36,662 nucleotides of DNA, taken from assembly GCA_947165555.1 (NCBI GenBank), contig CAMVAR010000001.1:1-36662 (forward strand), read 5' to 3'. Source of the DNA: an uncultured Pseudomonadota bacterium (lineage in GTDB: Bacteria > Pseudomonadota > Alphaproteobacteria > Rs-D84). Position numbers and translations under genes: made by a program. Of the stretch, positions 10,634 through 19,317 are shown piece after piece; the first letter of the stretch is position 1; every line of letters begins with the position of its first letter. The notes under the pieces are model-generated. The model saw nothing but the letters and a program-made list of their open reading frames with translations. It searched no databases and had not been told where the DNA came from.

Positions 10634-10912
10634 ATGAATATATTTCAAAAATATAAACTTTACAGAAATATCATAAAACAAAAACCGGTTTGTGTTATTG
10701 TTTATAATGATAAATATATGATTTATGATACAGATTCTTATAAAGTTGATATTTATTCTATTAAAAAATCGGATTTTTTGTATATTAAACCCCGTTTTTT
10801 TAAGCCTATATACTCTGCCAAAGTTCACAAAAAAAATGAAAAAAGTTTTGTACTTTTCGATGGTTTTATGGCAAAAAGATTATTTGAATATGGAAAACAA
10901 AACCAAAAATGA
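10634..10912 (+). CDS. Hypothetical 92-aa Lys/Tyr-rich protein, translationally coupled to dnaG
   Basis: An AAAGG Shine-Dalgarno sequence precedes the ATG, which lies 3 nt after the topA stop. The stop overlaps the dnaG start (ATGA at 10909-10912). I recognise no family, and the region is extremely AT-rich. Confidence 0.4.
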   Translation: MNIFQKYKLYRNIIKQKPVCVIVYNDKYMIYDTDSYKVDIYSIKKSDFLYIKPRFFKPIYSAKVHKKNEKSFVLFDGFMAKRLFEYGKQNQK

Positions 10913-12522
10913 CAAAATATGACAATAATTTTACCGACCAATTACGTGAACGACTTTCAATTGTCGATGTTGTATCGCGGCGTGTGCCTTTGAAAAAAAA
11001 AGGTCAAAATTATTGGGGGTGTTGCCCGTTTCATAATGAAAAAACACCGTCTTTTTCTGTCAATGAAGACAAAGGTTTTTTTCACTGTTTCGGTTGTGGA
11101 AAGCACGGTGACATTATTTCGTTCACAATGGAAACTGAACATGTTGATTTCAAAACCGCGATTGCCGAATTGGCCGATATGGCGGGATTAAAGTTGCCGG
11201 ATTATAAACCGAAATCACAACAACAAATTGATGCGGAAGAATCATATATTTCAATCACGGCGGCGGCGGCGAAAATGTACGCGGAAAAACTTTTTACACC
11301 CGATGGCGCGCATGCGTTGGAATATGTGCGTCGCCGCGGTTTTAGTGATGAAATGATAAAAAAATATGGTATCGGATATGCACCAAAAAATAATATTATT
11401 TCAAACAAATTTGCAAATACTAAACAGGAAAAAATTATTGCGACGGGTCTTGTACGCCGCGGTGATTACGGGTTATATGATTTCTTTCGTGATAAATTAA
11501 TGTTTCCAATTTTTAATACACATGGACAAATTGTTGCGTTTTCCGGGCGTTCATTGGATGGGTCAGAACCCAAATATATAAATACAACCGATACAGAAAT
11601 GTTCCATAAACGACAAACTTTGTTCGGGTTTAATTTTGCACGCGAATCTATTCACCGTGCAAACCGCGCAATTATTGTCGAAGGTCAAATTGACGCAATT
11701 CAGATGCAATGTCATGGTTTTGGTGAAACGGTTGCACCACTTGGCACCGCATTGACCGAAGACCATATTGCAATTTTATGCAAGGCGAACAGAAACATTA
11801 TTTTTTGTTTTGATGGTGATAACGCCGGACAAAAGGCCGCCGCACGTGCATGTGGTTTAATAATACCATTTTTACGCGATAATTCCGATGTGCGTTTCGC
11901 ATTTGTCACCGGTGGCAAAGACCCTGATGAAATTTTACGCCGGGGCGGGGCGGGGGATATGAAAAAAATCATTGATGATGCGGTGCCATTGGTGGATTTT
12001 TTATGGAATACGGCAAATAAAAATTTCCTTGTTAATACACCATCTGGGAAAACCCAGGCGGAAAAATTTATTAATACAGAAATTGAAAAAATTAATGATA
12101 AATTATTACGTTCTCAATTCGCCCAAGAATATAATAAACGAAAATTTAACGAATGGCACAAATGGAAAAAAACACCGGAAATAGTACCTATATCGGTTCC
12201 TAAGACAGATTCTGTTATAAAAAATACTATTATTTATATTGTAAATAAATATCCAGAAATCGCAGAACGATATGGTGATTTTATAGGTGGTTTTAATCTG
12301 GATTTTAATACAGATGTAAATGTGGATTTAAATTTAGATTTAAAGTCTGCGGAAAAATACCTGGTGTCGTTAAAATTACAAAAATATATCGAAAATTTAG
12401 AGTTAAAAAAACGTGAAATTACCATTGGTGCGTTATCAAATGGAAATGATGTACGTGACGAAATACGCCGTATAGACGATGAAATAATAAAAATGAAAGA
12501 ACGTTTTGATTTGTTGGTGTAA
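10909..12522 (+). CDS. dnaG: DNA primase
   Basis: This is a 537-aa ORF. It has a CHC2 zinc finger (CCPFHNEKTPSFSV...FHCFGCGKHGD) and a TOPRIM region (IIVEGQIDAI...CFDGDNAGQKAA). Confidence 0.95.
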   Translation: MTKYDNNFTDQLRERLSIVDVVSRRVPLKKKGQNYWGCCPFHNEKTPSFSVNEDKGFFHCFGCGKHGDIISFTMETEHVDFKTAIAELADMAGLKLPDYKPKSQQQIDAEESYISITAAAAKMYAEKLFTPDGAHALEYVRRRGFSDEMIKKYGIGYAPKNNIISNKFANTKQEKIIATGLVRRGDYGLYDFFRDKLMFPIFNTHGQIVAFSGRSLDGSEPKYINTTDTEMFHKRQTLFGFNFARESIHRANRAIIVEGQIDAIQMQCHGFGETVAPLGTALTEDHIAILCKANRNIIFCFDGDNAGQKAAARACGLIIPFLRDNSDVRFAFVTGGKDPDEILRRGGAGDMKKIIDDAVPLVDFLWNTANKNFLVNTPSGKTQAEKFINTEIEKINDKLLRSQFAQEYNKRKFNEWHKWKKTPEIVPISVPKTDSVIKNTIIYIVNKYPEIAERYGDFIGGFNLDFNTDVNVDLNLDLKSAEKYLVSLKLQKYIENLELKKREITIGALSNGNDVRDEIRRIDDEIIKMKERFDLLV

Positions 12523-12528
12523 TCGATT

Positions 12529-13608
12529 TTAATTGTTAAACAAGAAATGACATATATCACCTTCTTGCATTATATAATCACGGCCAACAAGACGCATTTT
12601 TCCCGCCTCTTTGACGGCGACTTCACCACCAAATTCTATATAATCAGATGGTGATATAACCTCGGCCCGGATAAAACCACGTTCAAAATCAGTATGAATT
12701 TTTCCGGCCGCCATTGGCGCGGTCATACCACGGGTAATTGTCCATGCGTGTGCCTCTTTTGGACCGACGGTATAAAATGTTTGTAACCCCAATGTTTCGT
12801 ATCCGGTTTTTATAATTTTTTCCAATCCGGATTGTTCCAATCCCAAATCATTTAAAAAAATTTTTCGTTCATCAGGGTCAACAATTTGCGCAATTTCCAT
12901 TTCTATTTTCCCTGATATTATTAAAACCGGATTTTTTTCACCAAATTTTTTTATAACCATTTCCGAATATTTATTACCGGATGCCGCGGCTGATTCTTCG
13001 ACATTACATACATAAATAACCGGTTTTGACGTTAGTAAATTAAATGGTTTACAATCAACATCTGTTTCACGCGCAGGTACAGATTTTTCTAAACTTTCAC
13101 GAATTTTGTTTGCATCAGCTAATAGTTTTATTGCAACCTTGTCCAAACCATGCGCCTTTTTTTCAAGGTTTTTTATTTGTTTTGTTAAACTTTCTAAATC
13201 AGCAAGCATAAGTTCGGTTTCAATTGTTTCAATATCTGAAATTGGGTCAATACGGCCATCAACATGCACAATATCATCATTTTCAAAACATCGCACAACA
13301 TGAATTATTGCGTCCGTTTCAAGAATATTCCCAAGAAATTTATTCCCTAAACCTTCGCCTGTTGATGCCCCACGGACCAAACCTGCAATATCAACAATTT
13401 CCAACTGAGTCGGGATTATTTTCGCAGAATTATCAACCGCCGCCAATTTATGTAATGTTTCATCTGGTACAACAACACGACCGGTATTTGGTTCAATTGT
13501 ACAAAACGGATAATTTTGCGCGTCGGCCGCGGCACTTTGTGTTAATGCATTAAATAATGTCGATTTACCAACATTTGGCAATCCAACAATTCCGCAATTG
13601 AAACCCAT
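12529..13608 (-). CDS. ychF: Ribosome-binding ATPase YchF
   Basis: I use the start at MGFNCGIVGLPNVGKSTLFNALT, which carries the G1 motif. The 18-codon upstream extension in the track is unsupported. The C-terminus has a TGS-like ending. Confidence 0.94.
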   Translation of the reverse strand: MGFNCGIVGLPNVGKSTLFNALTQSAAADAQNYPFCTIEPNTGRVVVPDETLHKLAAVDNSAKIIPTQLEIVDIAGLVRGASTGEGLGNKFLGNILETDAIIHVVRCFENDDIVHVDGRIDPISDIETIETELMLADLESLTKQIKNLEKKAHGLDKVAIKLLADANKIRESLEKSVPARETDVDCKPFNLLTSKPVIYVCNVEESAAASGNKYSEMVIKKFGEKNPVLIISGKIEMEIAQIVDPDERKIFLNDLGLEQSGLEKIIKTGYETLGLQTFYTVGPKEAHAWTITRGMTAPMAAGKIHTDFERGFIRAEVISPSDYIEFGGEVAVKEAGKMRLVGRDYIMQEGDICHFLFNN

Positions 13609-13636
13609 AATAAAATCCTTTATAATACATATTAAT

Positions 13637-14323
13637 ATGTCATACATCTGGAACAAATTCAATATAAAAACATTTCCCGCAGAAACGATTGTTTACTGTG
13701 ATGGGAATTATCAAGAACAATTTTCAACACTAACAGAATTTGGCGCGTTATCAAAAAAATACGATTTACCAGTACATATTATATATGTTGGTAAAATTCA
13801 GCGCGAAAATACATTAAATATAAATTTGAATACAGATAATCAACCGGTATTTCTTAGTGTTAATGTTTCAAATGATTCCCCGGCAATTTTAAACATTTTT
13901 ATCAAAAATGCCGGGGAAAATTCTGATATTCGTGGCCATATAATGTTGAAAAATTATTCAGATTTGGTCGTTAATATTATCGGGGAACATATTGTTAAAA
14001 ATTCAGGTATTTTATTACAAACCAAGGTAATTGGTGCAAAAAACAGTTATTCAAAAATATCGGCCGTCGCAATTGTTGAAAAAAATTGCGAAAATATAGT
14101 TTCTGATGTTCGTATGTCAGGACACGCATTAGATACAACCGCAAAAATACGATTTATACCGCGACAATGTATTTCATCAGTACCAAAATCTGCCGAACAT
14201 AGTGCGTATTTATTCCACGAAAACCCGGCACAGGAATTATATCTGCGTGGGGCGGGATTATCCGGTGCAGAGGTCAAAGATACTATGGTCGAAGCATTTA
14301 TAAACGATTTTAATCTGTTTTAA
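13637..14323 (+). CDS. Short SufD/SufB-like (UPF0051) beta-helix protein
   Basis: The C-terminal region SAEHSAYLFHENPAQELYLRGAGLSGAEVKDTMVEAFINDF mirrors the SufD C-terminus (...HGATVG..DDEQLFYLRSRGI..EA..L...AF). I chose the start at MSYIWNK to avoid overlap with ychF. There are no sufB, sufC or sufS neighbours. Confidence 0.55.
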   Translation: MSYIWNKFNIKTFPAETIVYCDGNYQEQFSTLTEFGALSKKYDLPVHIIYVGKIQRENTLNINLNTDNQPVFLSVNVSNDSPAILNIFIKNAGENSDIRGHIMLKNYSDLVVNIIGEHIVKNSGILLQTKVIGAKNSYSKISAVAIVEKNCENIVSDVRMSGHALDTTAKIRFIPRQCISSVPKSAEHSAYLFHENPAQELYLRGAGLSGAEVKDTMVEAFINDFNLF

Positions 14324-14337
14324 ATACATATAAAAAA

Positions 14338-14367
14338 ACGGTATCTTGTAACCATCAAGAATACCGT
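14338..14367. terminator. Bidirectional hairpin between the convergent SufD-like gene and rpmJ
   Basis: The hairpin is ACGGTATCTTG-taaccat-CAAGAATACCGT. An A-run flanks it upstream and TAATTT follows it downstream. Confidence 0.5.
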
Positions 14368-14387
14368 AATTTATTATAAATACAGGA

Positions 14388-14522
14388 TTATTTTCTTTTA
14401 AAACCCTGTTTTGCTTTGAATTTTGGGTTATCTGGGTCGATTAATACAATCTGTTTACCACGACGGATTTGTTTTATATTACCGCGCTTTTTCCAGGCCC
14501 GCAAAGAACTTAAAAACTTCAT
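14388..14522 (-). CDS. rpmJ: 50S ribosomal protein L36 (Cys-free type)
   Basis: This gene is not in the ORF track because it is only 44 aa. My hand translation is MKFLSSLRAWKKRGNIKQIRRGKQIVLIDPDNPKFKAKQGFKRK. It matches the YkgO/alphaproteobacterial L36 pattern (MK..sL+..k.r......+R+G+.yvI.k.nP+FKA+QG). An AAAGGA Shine-Dalgarno sequence lies upstream. Confidence 0.85.
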   Translation of the reverse strand: MKFLSSLRAWKKRGNIKQIRRGKQIVLIDPDNPKFKAKQGFKRK

Positions 14523-14611
14523 ATTAATATCCTTTTTGCATGGGGTATTATAAACACTTTTTAACAAAAATCAAATAATATATTATTTATTTTGTTTTTG
14601 TTATTTGGTCG

Positions 14612-14796
14612 GTTGAATTTGTTGAAAAGTGGTTTTAAACAAAGTTTTCAACAAAAAAATCCAGTAATTTAGTGGTTTTTAATAAAAATGTTGAAAAATA
14701 TAACCTGTTGAAAAACTGTGGAAAAAAATAAAGGTTTTCAATATTTTCAACAATTTTATGTTTTTGTTTTTTATACTTGTTGAAAATTGTTGAAAT
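14612..14796. promoter_or_regulatory. Array of about 10 GTTGAAA(A)/TTTTCAAC motifs upstream of virB3
   Basis: Forward copies start at 14612, 14621, 14690, 14707, 14718 (the variant GTGGAAAA), 14779 and 14789. Inverted copies start at 14645, 14735 (variant) and 14744. Several pairs are spaced 9-11 bp apart. Confidence 0.6.
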
Positions 14797-14805
14797 TGTT
14801 ATAAT
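14777..14805 (+). promoter_or_regulatory. Putative sigma70 promoter with extended -10 for virB3-virB4
   Basis: The layout is TTGTTG (14777-14782), 17 nt, then TATAAT (14800-14805). A TG lies at 14797-14798, giving TGTTATAAT. An AGGGGGG Shine-Dalgarno sequence lies 8 nt before the virB3 ATG. Confidence 0.5.
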
Positions 14806-14836
14806 GCAATTATAGCAGGTTAGGGGGGAATTTAAA

Positions 14837-15142
14837 ATGAGACAACAGGTACTAAAAGCATTGGCAAATCCGTCACATTTGTTCTTTGTACCGTACACAT
14901 TGGCCGTGATAAATTTCATGGTTCAGTTTTGTATTTTTATTATTTTATTTACAATTGGTATTTTTGTTTTTGGAATAGAAGATGTTGCCGGATATATAAA
15001 CCCATTGTATTTTTTAATATCTGTATGTGTTGTTCATATGATTTTAGCGCGTTATTCAAAACGTGACCCACAACTTGGCCAAATTTTAATCGCAAAAATA
15101 CGTATGTTAAAAAATAAAATACCACGGAGGTTGGCCGCATGA
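14837..15142 (+). CDS. virB3: Type IV secretion system protein VirB3/TrbD-like
   Basis: This is a 101-aa ORF with two hydrophobic helices. It has the VirB3-type N-terminus (KALANPSHLFFVPYTLAVINFM) and ...ARYSKRDPQLGQIL. Its stop overlaps the virB4 start (ATGA). Confidence 0.75.
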   Translation: MRQQVLKALANPSHLFFVPYTLAVINFMVQFCIFIILFTIGIFVFGIEDVAGYINPLYFLISVCVVHMILARYSKRDPQLGQILIAKIRMLKNKIPRRLAA

Positions 15143-17556
15143 TAGATGGTTTTTTTGGATATTTTGCCGGCGGTGGTTTTTCAGAAACGATGACATTAAC
15201 TATTATGGCCATCGCGGTGATTTTTGTATTTATTATATTAATGATATATGTGCCAACAATTGTAAAACATGTTTTTCCAAAATTTGGTTATAAACATTAT
15301 TATCAATATATTCCATTTCAAACCGTATATACCGATGATTCGTTGGAATTATCAGATGGATGTTTGGTACGTGTGTATGCAATATCTGGGGTACAAACCA
15401 GTATGCAGACCGATGAACAAAAAGAAAAATTTTTAGATTTACGGGCGCAGTTATTTAATCAAATTCATGACCCGAACGTTATATTGCGTTTTTTTACAAC
15501 ACGCGATGCCGTTGGTGAAAATACAGATTATGAATTTGACCAACCGGTTTTACAAAAAATTTATGATAAATGGCATGCCCAGGGGTTACGTATATTTATC
15601 AATAATTATTATGTTGTGTTATCGGTGCGCGGGATAAATACACGTGATAAATTAAATCAATATAGTAATTATATAGAATCTATTTTGGCACCATATAATC
15701 CGCGTGTTTTGAAAAATAAATCACGTAATAATATGGCAAAGTTTTTTGGTCGTATTTTTTCACCAATTACAAAACCAAATCCCGTCGTGTGTGATGAAAA
15801 AATTACAGAGTTATCAACCGTTGATGATGTGGAATTTTTACGTAATGGTATTGTTCGTTATATAAGTGGTAATCGTGAATATTTTGCGGCGTTGATGTCT
15901 TTTCGGGCGGCACCTGATTTCTTGGACGAAGATTTTTATGATTCTGTTAATACAATTCAAACAGAAATGATTTGTATGAATGGTTTTAAAATCATGGATT
16001 CAACCGATGTTGATACGGTTATGCGACAAAGACGTAGTGTTGCATCAAAAGAAAATGATTCAACCGAAGAACAAATTTCGCATGCACAATCGGTCATGGA
16101 TGAAAATGTGTCTGGGAATCAGACGTTGGTGAATTATTATCCATTGTTTGTAATTTTTGGAAAATCAATCGAAGAATTAACAGAATATGTTGATGAATTT
16201 AAAAAAATTTCTGCATCGTTTGGCGTGTCACCAATACAGGAAAATTTTGCAACCAAGGTTTCGTGGTTTTCGATGGTGCCGGGATTTGATACATTTCCAC
16301 GAACATTTAAAATGCTATCGCGGGCCGCCGCAATTAGTATACCAATGTCCAGTGCACCACGCGGTATTTCGGATTCAGATTGGGGAAATGGACCGTTGGT
16401 TGTTTTTCCCACGGCCCAGGGTACCCCATATCAATTTCAATTTCATGTATCATCTGCGCCGGCCGCGGTTGGTCATACATTAACAATCGGTCCAACCGGT
16501 GGTGGTAAAACAACATTATTTTCATTCCTTATTGCACAATCGTTGCGACATAAAAAACTAAAAGCGTTTTTCTTTGACCGTAACAAAGGTGCAGAAATAT
16601 TTACACTGGCCGTTGGTGGAAAATATATCACAATGCAAGGTAAAGAAAAATCTGATACGACATTTTTAACACATCTTAATCCATTAAAAATGCCGGATAC
16701 GGTCGCAAATCGTGCATTTTTACGTCGATGGTTTGCAATGATTTCGGAACAAAATGATGCAATATCGTCCGATGAAATTGCGCGCGCGGTATCAGTTAAT
16801 TATGATTATTTATCAGATAAAGATAGAATGTTAAAAAATCTGTGGGAAAGTTGTTTTTCATCCGCAGGAAAAATGCGCCCCGCGTTGAAAAAGTGGGTGG
16901 ACCCGTTGCAATATGGTGATATATTTAATGAAGATAGTGATACACTGGATTTACAATCACGTTTAACTACATTTGATTTTACCGATATTTTACAAGATGC
17001 GGTTTTGGCACCGGCGGTTATTTCATATATATTGCATCGTATAAATAATACAACCGTTTCAGGTGGAAATCCATCGCTTATTATGATAGACGAAACCGCG
17101 CCGATGTTGGAAAATAAAATGTTCCGTGATAACTTTATCACCGGTTTACAAGAAGGACGTAAAAATCGTCAGGCATATATGGTCGCGTTCCAACGTGCAA
17201 ATGTACTGGATAAATTGGGTATTGGTGATGTTGTTCGTGGTCAGGCTCAAACGATTATGTTTTTCCGGAATCCCGCCGCGGATGCGTCTGATTATGAACA
17301 TTGGAATTTAAATCCATTGGAAATGGCATTTATCCAAGGCAAGGCGTATCCAAATCTGAAACGTGCGGTTTTGTTATCACGTCCTGTGAATAATGAATCG
17401 GTTATTTTAAATACAGAATTGGGTGGATTAGGAAATATGTTGCGTTTATTTGAATCTGGACGTTCATCGGTGTTATTGGCCGAAGAACTGTATCGACAAT
17501 ATGGTTCGGCATTTGTTAACGAATACCTTAGAAAACAAGGGGTTGGTGATTTATAA
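15139..17556 (+). CDS. virB4: Type IV secretion system ATPase VirB4/TrbE family
   Basis: This is an 805-aa ORF. It has Walker A (IGPTGGGKTTLFSFL), Walker B (SLIMIDETAPML) and downstream GRKNRQAYMVAFQ. An extra N-terminal TM helix is present. Confidence 0.93.
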   Translation: MIDGFFGYFAGGGFSETMTLTIMAIAVIFVFIILMIYVPTIVKHVFPKFGYKHYYQYIPFQTVYTDDSLELSDGCLVRVYAISGVQTSMQTDEQKEKFLDLRAQLFNQIHDPNVILRFFTTRDAVGENTDYEFDQPVLQKIYDKWHAQGLRIFINNYYVVLSVRGINTRDKLNQYSNYIESILAPYNPRVLKNKSRNNMAKFFGRIFSPITKPNPVVCDEKITELSTVDDVEFLRNGIVRYISGNREYFAALMSFRAAPDFLDEDFYDSVNTIQTEMICMNGFKIMDSTDVDTVMRQRRSVASKENDSTEEQISHAQSVMDENVSGNQTLVNYYPLFVIFGKSIEELTEYVDEFKKISASFGVSPIQENFATKVSWFSMVPGFDTFPRTFKMLSRAAAISIPMSSAPRGISDSDWGNGPLVVFPTAQGTPYQFQFHVSSAPAAVGHTLTIGPTGGGKTTLFSFLIAQSLRHKKLKAFFFDRNKGAEIFTLAVGGKYITMQGKEKSDTTFLTHLNPLKMPDTVANRAFLRRWFAMISEQNDAISSDEIARAVSVNYDYLSDKDRMLKNLWESCFSSAGKMRPALKKWVDPLQYGDIFNEDSDTLDLQSRLTTFDFTDILQDAVLAPAVISYILHRINNTTVSGGNPSLIMIDETAPMLENKMFRDNFITGLQEGRKNRQAYMVAFQRANVLDKLGIGDVVRGQAQTIMFFRNPAADASDYEHWNLNPLEMAFIQGKAYPNLKRAVLLSRPVNNESVILNTELGGLGNMLRLFESGRSSVLLAEELYRQYGSAFVNEYLRKQGVGDL

Positions 17557-18166
17557 ATTTTTTAAAATTTTTTATGTATTGGTCGGTTTTGTTGGCCCAA
17601 TGGTTGCCGCGGCGGATTCGTGTGTAAAATACAAAGAAAAAATTAAATCGTCGGTTGTTATCCCAAAATATAATGTATCGGTTGTGCAACCGATTGAGTT
17701 TATGAATAAATACCATGGTAATGTTGTTGCAACACTGGTCCAGGATTTTGATTTAACTGTTGATGTTGTTGCAACAAATGGTGGATATTGTGTAATTTTG
17801 AAAAATGTTAATGCAACATTTGGATATGATGATTTTGCCGTTAAAATTGATAGGCTGTATCATAAAAATTCATGTGCATATAATGCAATACTGGGACATG
17901 AATACAGGCATATAGATGTGTATTTATCGGTAATTAAAGATTTGGATATGGATATAAAAAATTCTGTGATAAATTCGGCAAATTCGGTTATGCCAATATT
18001 TGTTCAATCACGTGAAGATATTGAATCTGGGATTAGTGAAATGAATATGAAAATACAGTCGCATCCAGAGATTATTTTATTAAAGCAAAAAATAAATGCC
18101 GCCGTTGAAATACGAAACAAGCGTATCGACCAAAATGAAGATAATACAGATTTAAACAAGTGTTAA
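17546..18166 (+). CDS. Secreted ~206-aa protein with HExxH motif
   Basis: I propose a GTG start after AAGGGG; a TTG at 17543 is also possible. The track start at 17450 lies inside virB4. The signal-like N-terminus is IYKFFKIFYVLVGFVGPMVAAADS. HEYRH is encoded at 17897-17911. The layout recalls DUF922-type predicted secreted Zn proteases, but this is from memory only. Confidence 0.55.
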   Translation: MIYKFFKIFYVLVGFVGPMVAAADSCVKYKEKIKSSVVIPKYNVSVVQPIEFMNKYHGNVVATLVQDFDLTVDVVATNGGYCVILKNVNATFGYDDFAVKIDRLYHKNSCAYNAILGHEYRHIDVYLSVIKDLDMDIKNSVINSANSVMPIFVQSREDIESGISEMNMKIQSHPEIILLKQKINAAVEIRNKRIDQNEDNTDLNKC

Positions 18167-18848
18167 CCAAAATATATCCAAACAATAATTGGTGCCAATA
18201 CCGCCGTCAACAGGCCTGATATAACAATGGCAAGGCTACTGAATGCACCTTCGATATGTCCCATTTCCATTGCCTTGACTGTGCCGGCGGCGTGGGATGC
18301 GTTACCAATTGAAATTCCGCGTGAAATTGGATTTTTTAATTTCATCCATTTGCATATTTTATCACTAACCGATGCACCCAAAATACCGCGGATACAGTTA
18401 GTGATACCATACCACCCAATTTTTCGGTTATTCCAATTGCCAATGCCGTGGTAACCGATATTGCCGCCAATGAACGTGCGATTATATCGGATAAACCGAA
18501 TAATATTACAACCACACAAACCGATACAACCGATGCAATAACACCAATAAATATAGAAAATAAAATTGGCCAAAAATGTTTCTTTAATAATGGTAATTGA
18601 CGGTACATCGGTACCGCAAAACACACGGTTACCGGTACCAGAAAATATGTTAAATATTTTGCACTGTTATTGTATGTTGAATATGGTATATTCATTAATA
18701 GTAGCACAATAATAACAATAATAGTTGTCAGAAATAGCGGTGTTGTTAACGGGGATTTAAAACGTTTATTGATAAGTGTTGCAATTATGAACACAGTAAT
18801 TGTTAACGCCGCACCAAAATATGTTGAATTTGTAATAAAATCTATCAT
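18163..18848 (-). pseudogene. lrgB: LrgB/CidB-family membrane protein interrupted by a frameshift
   Basis: Two overlapping ORFs, 18342-18848 and 18163-18624, carry the N-terminal and C-terminal halves of LrgB. The first ends ...ITEKLGGMVSLTVS, and the second continues GILGASV...GNASHAAGTVKAMEMGHIEGAFSSLAIVISGLLTAVLAP. The frame switch lies near 18386-18394. The summed length of about 228 aa matches intact LrgB. Confidence 0.6.
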
Positions 18849-19201
18849 TTTTTGTCCCGTCGTCGTTCAAGAAAGTAATCAGCGGTTTTTCCGGTTATAA
18901 TCATTGTAACAACATAGGCAGTTACCAATAGTAATACCAGATAATACCAAATTCCGGATATGTCAGACCATATATCAATAACCGCGACCGCGGGCGCAAC
19001 AAAAAATAATGCCATTATTCCATGAAACCAATCGGCAATGTCGGCCACCCATTCAAGTTTTACAATATGTGTGCATAGCGCAATAAATAGTAATAAAAGA
19101 CCATAAATACTGCCCGCGATAGGCAGGGGAATAAAGTGTTCGCATACTTCGCCAAGAAAGACGAATATTAAAATAATCATAAATTGAAACAGGTATTTCA
19201 T
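18845..19201 (-). CDS. lrgA: LrgA/CidA-family holin-like protein
   Basis: I use the start at MKYLFQFMIIL. The protein has four hydrophobic helices and the LrgA pattern (LPIAGSIYGLLLLFIAL...VKLEWV...LFFVPAAV). It overlaps the lrgB start by 4 nt. Confidence 0.8.
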   Translation of the reverse strand: MKYLFQFMIILIFVFLGEVCEHFIPLPIAGSIYGLLLLFIALCTHIVKLEWVADIADWFHGIMALFFVAPAVAVIDIWSDISGIWYYLVLLLVTAYVVTMIITGKTADYFLERRRDKK

Positions 19202-19270
19202 GGTATCTCTTGTGCCAAAATGATTATACAATAACTTTGAAATTTTTTTAACAAAAATATATTAAAAAAT

Positions 19271-19297
19271 AAAAAAACGGTGTGCGTAAACACACCG
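19271..19297 (-). terminator. Rho-independent terminator after the ygiW-like gene
   Basis: The hairpin CGGTGTG-cgtaaa-CACACCG lies at 19278-19297. On the minus strand it is followed by T7 (plus-strand A-run at 19271-19277). Confidence 0.7.
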
Positions 19298-19317
19298 AAA
19301 ATTTTTACATATAAAAA

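Noticed and set aside
14612-14796. Whether the GTTGAAAA array might be a CRISPR array, and the 94-aa minus-strand ORF at 14635-14919.
   Set aside because: The repeat unit is only about 8 bp, with irregular 9-40 bp spacing and mixed orientation, and no cas genes are present, so it is not a CRISPR array. The ORF merely reads through the AT-rich repeats and overlaps the virB3 start.
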